DNA of 64,000 nucleotides from a virus, in IMG/VR virus record IMGVR_UViG_3300021963_000034, positions 32,001 through 96,000 of that record; one strand, given 5' to 3'. The notes below the pieces were generated by a model that worked only from the letters and a program-made list of their open reading frames with translations, had not been told where the DNA came from and ran no database searches. Each line of letters begins with the position of its first letter. The stretch's first letter is position 1. A program made the translations under genes and the position numbers. Of the stretch, positions 60,303 through 64,000 are shown one piece after another.

Positions 60303-60470
60303 ATGAAACGTGCTCTTATTACTGGTGGTGCTGGATTTATTGCACATCACTTAAATGGTGACAAAATGAAGCAACTGGGTTGGGTTCCTGCAAAATCTGT
60401 AAGAGAACGCATCACCAAAGTCGTAAAGTGGACTCTTGAAAATGAAAGGTGGATTACAAACTTAAGTTAA
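60303..60470 (+). pseudogene. Internally deleted NAD-dependent nucleotide-sugar epimerase/dehydratase
   Basis: MKRALITGGAGFIAHHL joined in frame to C-terminal NGDKMKQLGWVP...VVKWTLENERW. Confidence 0.85.
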
Positions 60471-60500
60471 AAGATAAATACTTAAAAATACCCAAGAAAA

Positions 60501-60836
60501 ATGGCAGTTGCTGAGATTACAAATATAGTCATTGAGAAGGGAACTCACTTTGAGGCAACTTTTAATCTTTTTGATCCTGACCAATCTGCTTCAGTTTTAA
60601 CTGGACTCACAACAACTTATGCATCTATTCGTAAACACGTAACATCCACTTCTTATGAAGAATTTGCAAAAACAATTACTTCTGGTAATGGAACCATAAA
60701 ATTAACATTAACACCAGAACAAACTGCTAACCTGAGTCAGGGAAGAAATTATTTTGATGTTGTGCTTACTTTGAATGGAAAGAGAATTAAAGTTATAAAA
60801 GGTACTGCCATGGTAGAGGAGAGTGTATCAGTATGA
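60501..60836 (+). CDS. Virion structural protein
   Basis: Late TAAATA; IEKGTHF..A.IRKH..LTPEQT..GRNYFDV. Confidence 0.7.
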   Translation: MAVAEITNIVIEKGTHFEATFNLFDPDQSASVLTGLTTTYASIRKHVTSTSYEEFAKTITSGNGTIKLTLTPEQTANLSQGRNYFDVVLTLNGKRIKVIKGTAMVEESVSV

Positions 60837-61138
60837 CTTATAACGTCAAGTTATCTCAACAAAATTACAAAGTAAGTCTTTCATCTAAGATAGAGATCAT
60901 GCCACAAAATTTAAACGAATTAACCGATGTAGAAATTAGTGGTAATAAAGATAAGTATGTTCTAATGTATGATGCTGCTTCTGGTAAGTGGAAGGATGTA
61001 AATCCAGATGAGGTCTTTAATGCAGCAGCATCTACAGAAACAACACAACCAGGTTTTGTTGGTTATGCAACTGCCTTCCTAGATCGTGTAGATGTTGACC
61101 TAGATAATAAAATTAATCTTGATGGTGGAACATTTTAA
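60833..61138 (+). CDS. Small fibre-associated structural protein
   Basis: LNELTDV..VLMYDAASGKW; ends LDGGTF. Confidence 0.7.
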   Translation: MTYNVKLSQQNYKVSLSSKIEIMPQNLNELTDVEISGNKDKYVLMYDAASGKWKDVNPDEVFNAAASTETTQPGFVGYATAFLDRVDVDLDNKINLDGGTF

Positions 61139-61183
61139 GTATTCTAAATAATATTAATTAGGAAACTGCATAAAGGTATTCGG

Positions 61184-64000
61184 ATGGCTTCACCAATCTT
61201 ACAGTTTAAGCGTGGTAATATTGGGGCAGCGGCAACTATTCCTGCTCTTCGTCCAGGTGAACCTGCATTAACACTTGACAAATATGATTTATTCGTAGGA
61301 CTTAATACTTCTGTTCAAGGAAATAAATTCTTCGGTTCTCATCGTTATTGGGGAAGAGAAGATTCAAGCACTTCCCTCCGTTTAAATCTTGTCGATAAAG
61401 ACGGAACAAATCACATTTCTTTCAAAGCACCAAATACACTTTCTGGAATTACAACTTATACATTTCCAGAAAATCCTCTTGGTTCATATTTTTTAAAAAC
61501 AAATCCAAACGGCGAACTTAGTTGGTCTAATCAATTTCCAAGCGTATCTGTATCTGGAGTTGTAACAGCATCAAACTATTATGGCGAAGGTGGTGCATTA
61601 ACTCTAGGAACTCCAACTGATTCGAGTATTACTAATAGTGGAGCACTTAATACATTCACTACATCAACAAAAATAGTTGATAGTATTGATGACTTGAATG
61701 AACTTGCGTTCAATATTATAAAAAATACTGCAGTTACAAATGTAGATTTTTCTGCTAATACTGTCGCAGGAGGTTCTCCACTGGCAGTTACATTAACTGT
61801 TACTAGTTCTGGAAATCCTAATCGCTATGATGTTGATTGGGGAGATGGAACTACAACTTCAGACTATAATTCTTCTTCTATTCCACATACATATAGCAAT
61901 TCCAGTGGTGGATTATATTCAATTACACTGACTGCAAAAAATAACACAGGTGTAGGCGCAGGAAGTTCATTTACAACCTCCAAGTCCGACTACATTACTT
62001 TATATACACCAAATCCTGTAGTTGGATTTTCGTTGTATAGAAATTCTAGTGGTGGAAGTGCTCTCTCAGGAAATGACCTATATGTGGTTGAGGGGCAATC
62101 TTTATACTTAGATAACAATACAACAAATACAAACGGCGCAACTGTCAACTATACGATGAGTTGGGGCGATGGATCATCAAATGATTCAATTGCAAATGAT
62201 TCCGCTTCTGGTGGTGCGGGAGCGGGAGCAGCAAGACTTCAGCATACTTGGAGTCAAGGAACAAATAGTTCAACTACTACAGATACACTTACACTAACTC
62301 TAAACGCACATAATACTGCAAATCCAGGTGTTATTCCTGCTACAGGTACAGTAGCACTCAAAGTTTATGATGATGCTCCAGCAGCACCTAATGGATTAAG
62401 CAGCAAAACTCTACCAAATGTTACTAGCGTAGGTACAAGTCCAAAACTTGCTTATGGGTTTACCGATAATACTGGTGGTGCAGTTTTAAGTGCAGGAAAT
62501 GATGTCAATCGTGTAACAAGTGGAAGTGCAGAAGCAGGTCCAATTAGTACATTTGCTTATAATGCAAATAGTGGAACTCTTACTGCAAATGTAAATGGTT
62601 CTTCAGATGGTTCAACAACATTAACAAGTGGCGATGATTCTGGAACTTATACAAGTCTGGTAATTACATCTGAAAGCGATTATCAGTTACTAGATTCAAC
62701 AGGAGCAACAACTACCTTTGCTGCAAGTACCTACTATCCCGGATTATACAAAGGATTTAAAGCAAAAGTTTCTAAGTTGGTTTCAAATCTGAATACTGGT
62801 TTAAACAGTATGCAGTTACTTCATAGTGTTACTGGTAACACTAACACTGTAGAATTTGTTAAAGATGATATAACAGCAACACCTACGGTTAGTGTTGCTA
62901 GTGCTACTTTATCCGAAAACGTTGCTGGTACTTATCGTTATATTTCAGGTGTTCCATATTATAATACAGGATCTCCAAGTTTAACACTCTCTGGAGTAAC
63001 AGTTACAAATCTAGTTGGGCAAACTTATACCAATCAGTTAAATATTGTAGAAGTTGATAGTGGTACAAATCAAGAAGGAACTTCTAGTGCTGGCACAACT
63101 GATAGTGATTACACCTACTCGCAGATAAATGGTTCTTCGAGTATGCTGACTGGTGGAATTCCAAATGCAAATACTGGAACTTCATCTGCATATACATTAG
63201 GTAACTTAACTGTTCCTATCACATCTTCAAGTGTGAGAACAATTGACAGAGTGAAAGTTCGTGCTAGAAATGTAAACGGAATTAGTGGATATGCCAGCGA
63301 TGTTGCTACTAATATTCAAGTTCACACTGCAGCACAGAGTGGAATTAGTGAAATTGCAATTTCCGTTTCTAGTAGTCTAGGTAATGGAACTTATACTGAC
63401 AACGGTAAGAGAATTTATGATTTTGGACCTGGAATTACTACGGATACTCCGTCATATAATAGTTCAACTAATTTCTATACCAATAACCCATACTCTGAAG
63501 GTTCTGCACCTACAGGAATTACTACAACTAGAGAAGCAGTTGTAAGACTTGGAAATATTACTCACAACCAGGTAAATTATTCAACTGGATATCTACCCAT
63601 TGGTCCAAATTTTTCATCTAACAGAAGTGGAACCCAATATTTTACTTTTGCATTTAGAAGACAAGCAGTTGCTAACATTAATGTTAATATTACATCTTCT
63701 GGTATTACTGGACTTTGGATTGCTGCACCTGGTACAAGTATAGATAGTACTAGCACTCTTAATGGTTGGTTAAGAGCGGATACGGTTTATGCAGGTTCGG
63801 GTGTACCTGGCGCAAATACTGGAGCAGGTGGTAATGGTAGTAATGGTTGTGCGGATACCCCTGGTGATGTTATATCTTCTGGAACCTCTTTGAGTGGAAG
63901 TTATACTTTAACCCTTGGTAGTGAAAACTTAAGTAATGCTACTGGTAATGTTCTTTTAGTCAGAATCGCACTCGCTTCTGGTCAATCAGTAACAAGCCTT
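61184..64000 (+). CDS. Large fibre protein running off the window; C-terminus paralogous to 40579..45432
   Basis: MASPILQFKRG..LRPGEPAL N-terminal attachment motif; absent from the ORF track, consistent with no stop before 64000. Confidence 0.85.
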   Translation, partial: MASPILQFKRGNIGAAATIPALRPGEPALTLDKYDLFVGLNTSVQGNKFFGSHRYWGREDSSTSLRLNLVDKDGTNHISFKAPNTLSGITTYTFPENPLGSYFLKTNPNGELSWSNQFPSVSVSGVVTASNYYGEGGALTLGTPTDSSITNSGALNTFTTSTKIVDSIDDLNELAFNIIKNTAVTNVDFSANTVAGGSPLAVTLTVTSSGNPNRYDVDWGDGTTTSDYNSSSIPHTYSNSSGGLYSITLTAKNNTGVGAGSSFTTSKSDYITLYTPNPVVGFSLYRNSSGGSALSGNDLYVVEGQSLYLDNNTTNTNGATVNYTMSWGDGSSNDSIANDSASGGAGAGAARLQHTWSQGTNSSTTTDTLTLTLNAHNTANPGVIPATGTVALKVYDDAPAAPNGLSSKTLPNVTSVGTSPKLAYGFTDNTGGAVLSAGNDVNRVTSGSAEAGPISTFAYNANSGTLTANVNGSSDGSTTLTSGDDSGTYTSLVITSESDYQLLDSTGATTTFAASTYYPGLYKGFKAKVSKLVSNLNTGLNSMQLLHSVTGNTNTVEFVKDDITATPTVSVASATLSENVAGTYRYISGVPYYNTGSPSLTLSGVTVTNLVGQTYTNQLNIVEVDSGTNQEGTSSAGTTDSDYTYSQINGSSSMLTGGIPNANTGTSSAYTLGNLTVPITSSSVRTIDRVKVRARNVNGISGYASDVATNIQVHTAAQSGISEIAISVSSSLGNGTYTDNGKRIYDFGPGITTDTPSYNSSTNFYTNNPYSEGSAPTGITTTREAVVRLGNITHNQVNYSTGYLPIGPNFSSNRSGTQYFTFAFRRQAVANINVNITSSGITGLWIAAPGTSIDSTSTLNGWLRADTVYAGSGVPGANTGAGGNGSNGCADTPGDVISSGTSLSGSYTLTLGSENLSNATGNVLLVRIALASGQSVTSL

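Noticed and set aside
48099-60470. A complete DGR cassette in the window
   Set aside because: No reverse transcriptase, Avd-like gene or non-coding template repeat seen; only the target-like pattern is reported

Overview
This window is part of a T4-like cyanomyophage genome (Kyanoviridae-like, probably freshwater). 1-8.7 kb is a photosynthesis and auxiliary-metabolism island: psbA behind a PhotoRC-II-like leader, psbD, glutaredoxin, speD, and a tandem glutamine-riboswitch/DUF4278 module, with three free-standing homing endonucleases. 8.9-13.5 kb holds the nucleotide and replication core (thyX, phoH, exonuclease, gp33, gp59, gp32). 13.5-31 kb is baseplate, hub and tape-measure genes (gp53, gp48, gp2-like, gp4, gp54-like, gp26/gp51, two tape-measure-like proteins carrying enzymatic cargo, gp27-like, cp12, split gp5). 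31.5-34.3 kb has tRNA-Leu(UAA) with a group I intron, tRNA-Thr(UGU), two more endonucleases and a Mom-like enzyme. 34.3-64 kb has giant fibre genes and three RCC1 beta-propeller genes interleaved with glycosyltransferase, sulfotransferase and 2OG-oxygenase genes. Most notable: (i) an in-frame -1 slippery site fusing gp26 to gp51 just before the tape measure, like lambda G/GT; (ii) a 67-codon ORF nested in the P2 loop of a glutamine aptamer behind an NtcA box; (iii) 21 RCC1 blades whose variable codons are almost all NNT/NNC, a DGR-like pattern with no RT in the window; (iv) a phage tRNA group I intron; (v) an endonuclease cassette that truncated psbD and sits before a second, recoded psbD start; (vi) an ADP-ribosyltransferase-like domain inside a tape-measure-like protein. 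All calls come from manual reading and remembered motifs; no searches were run.
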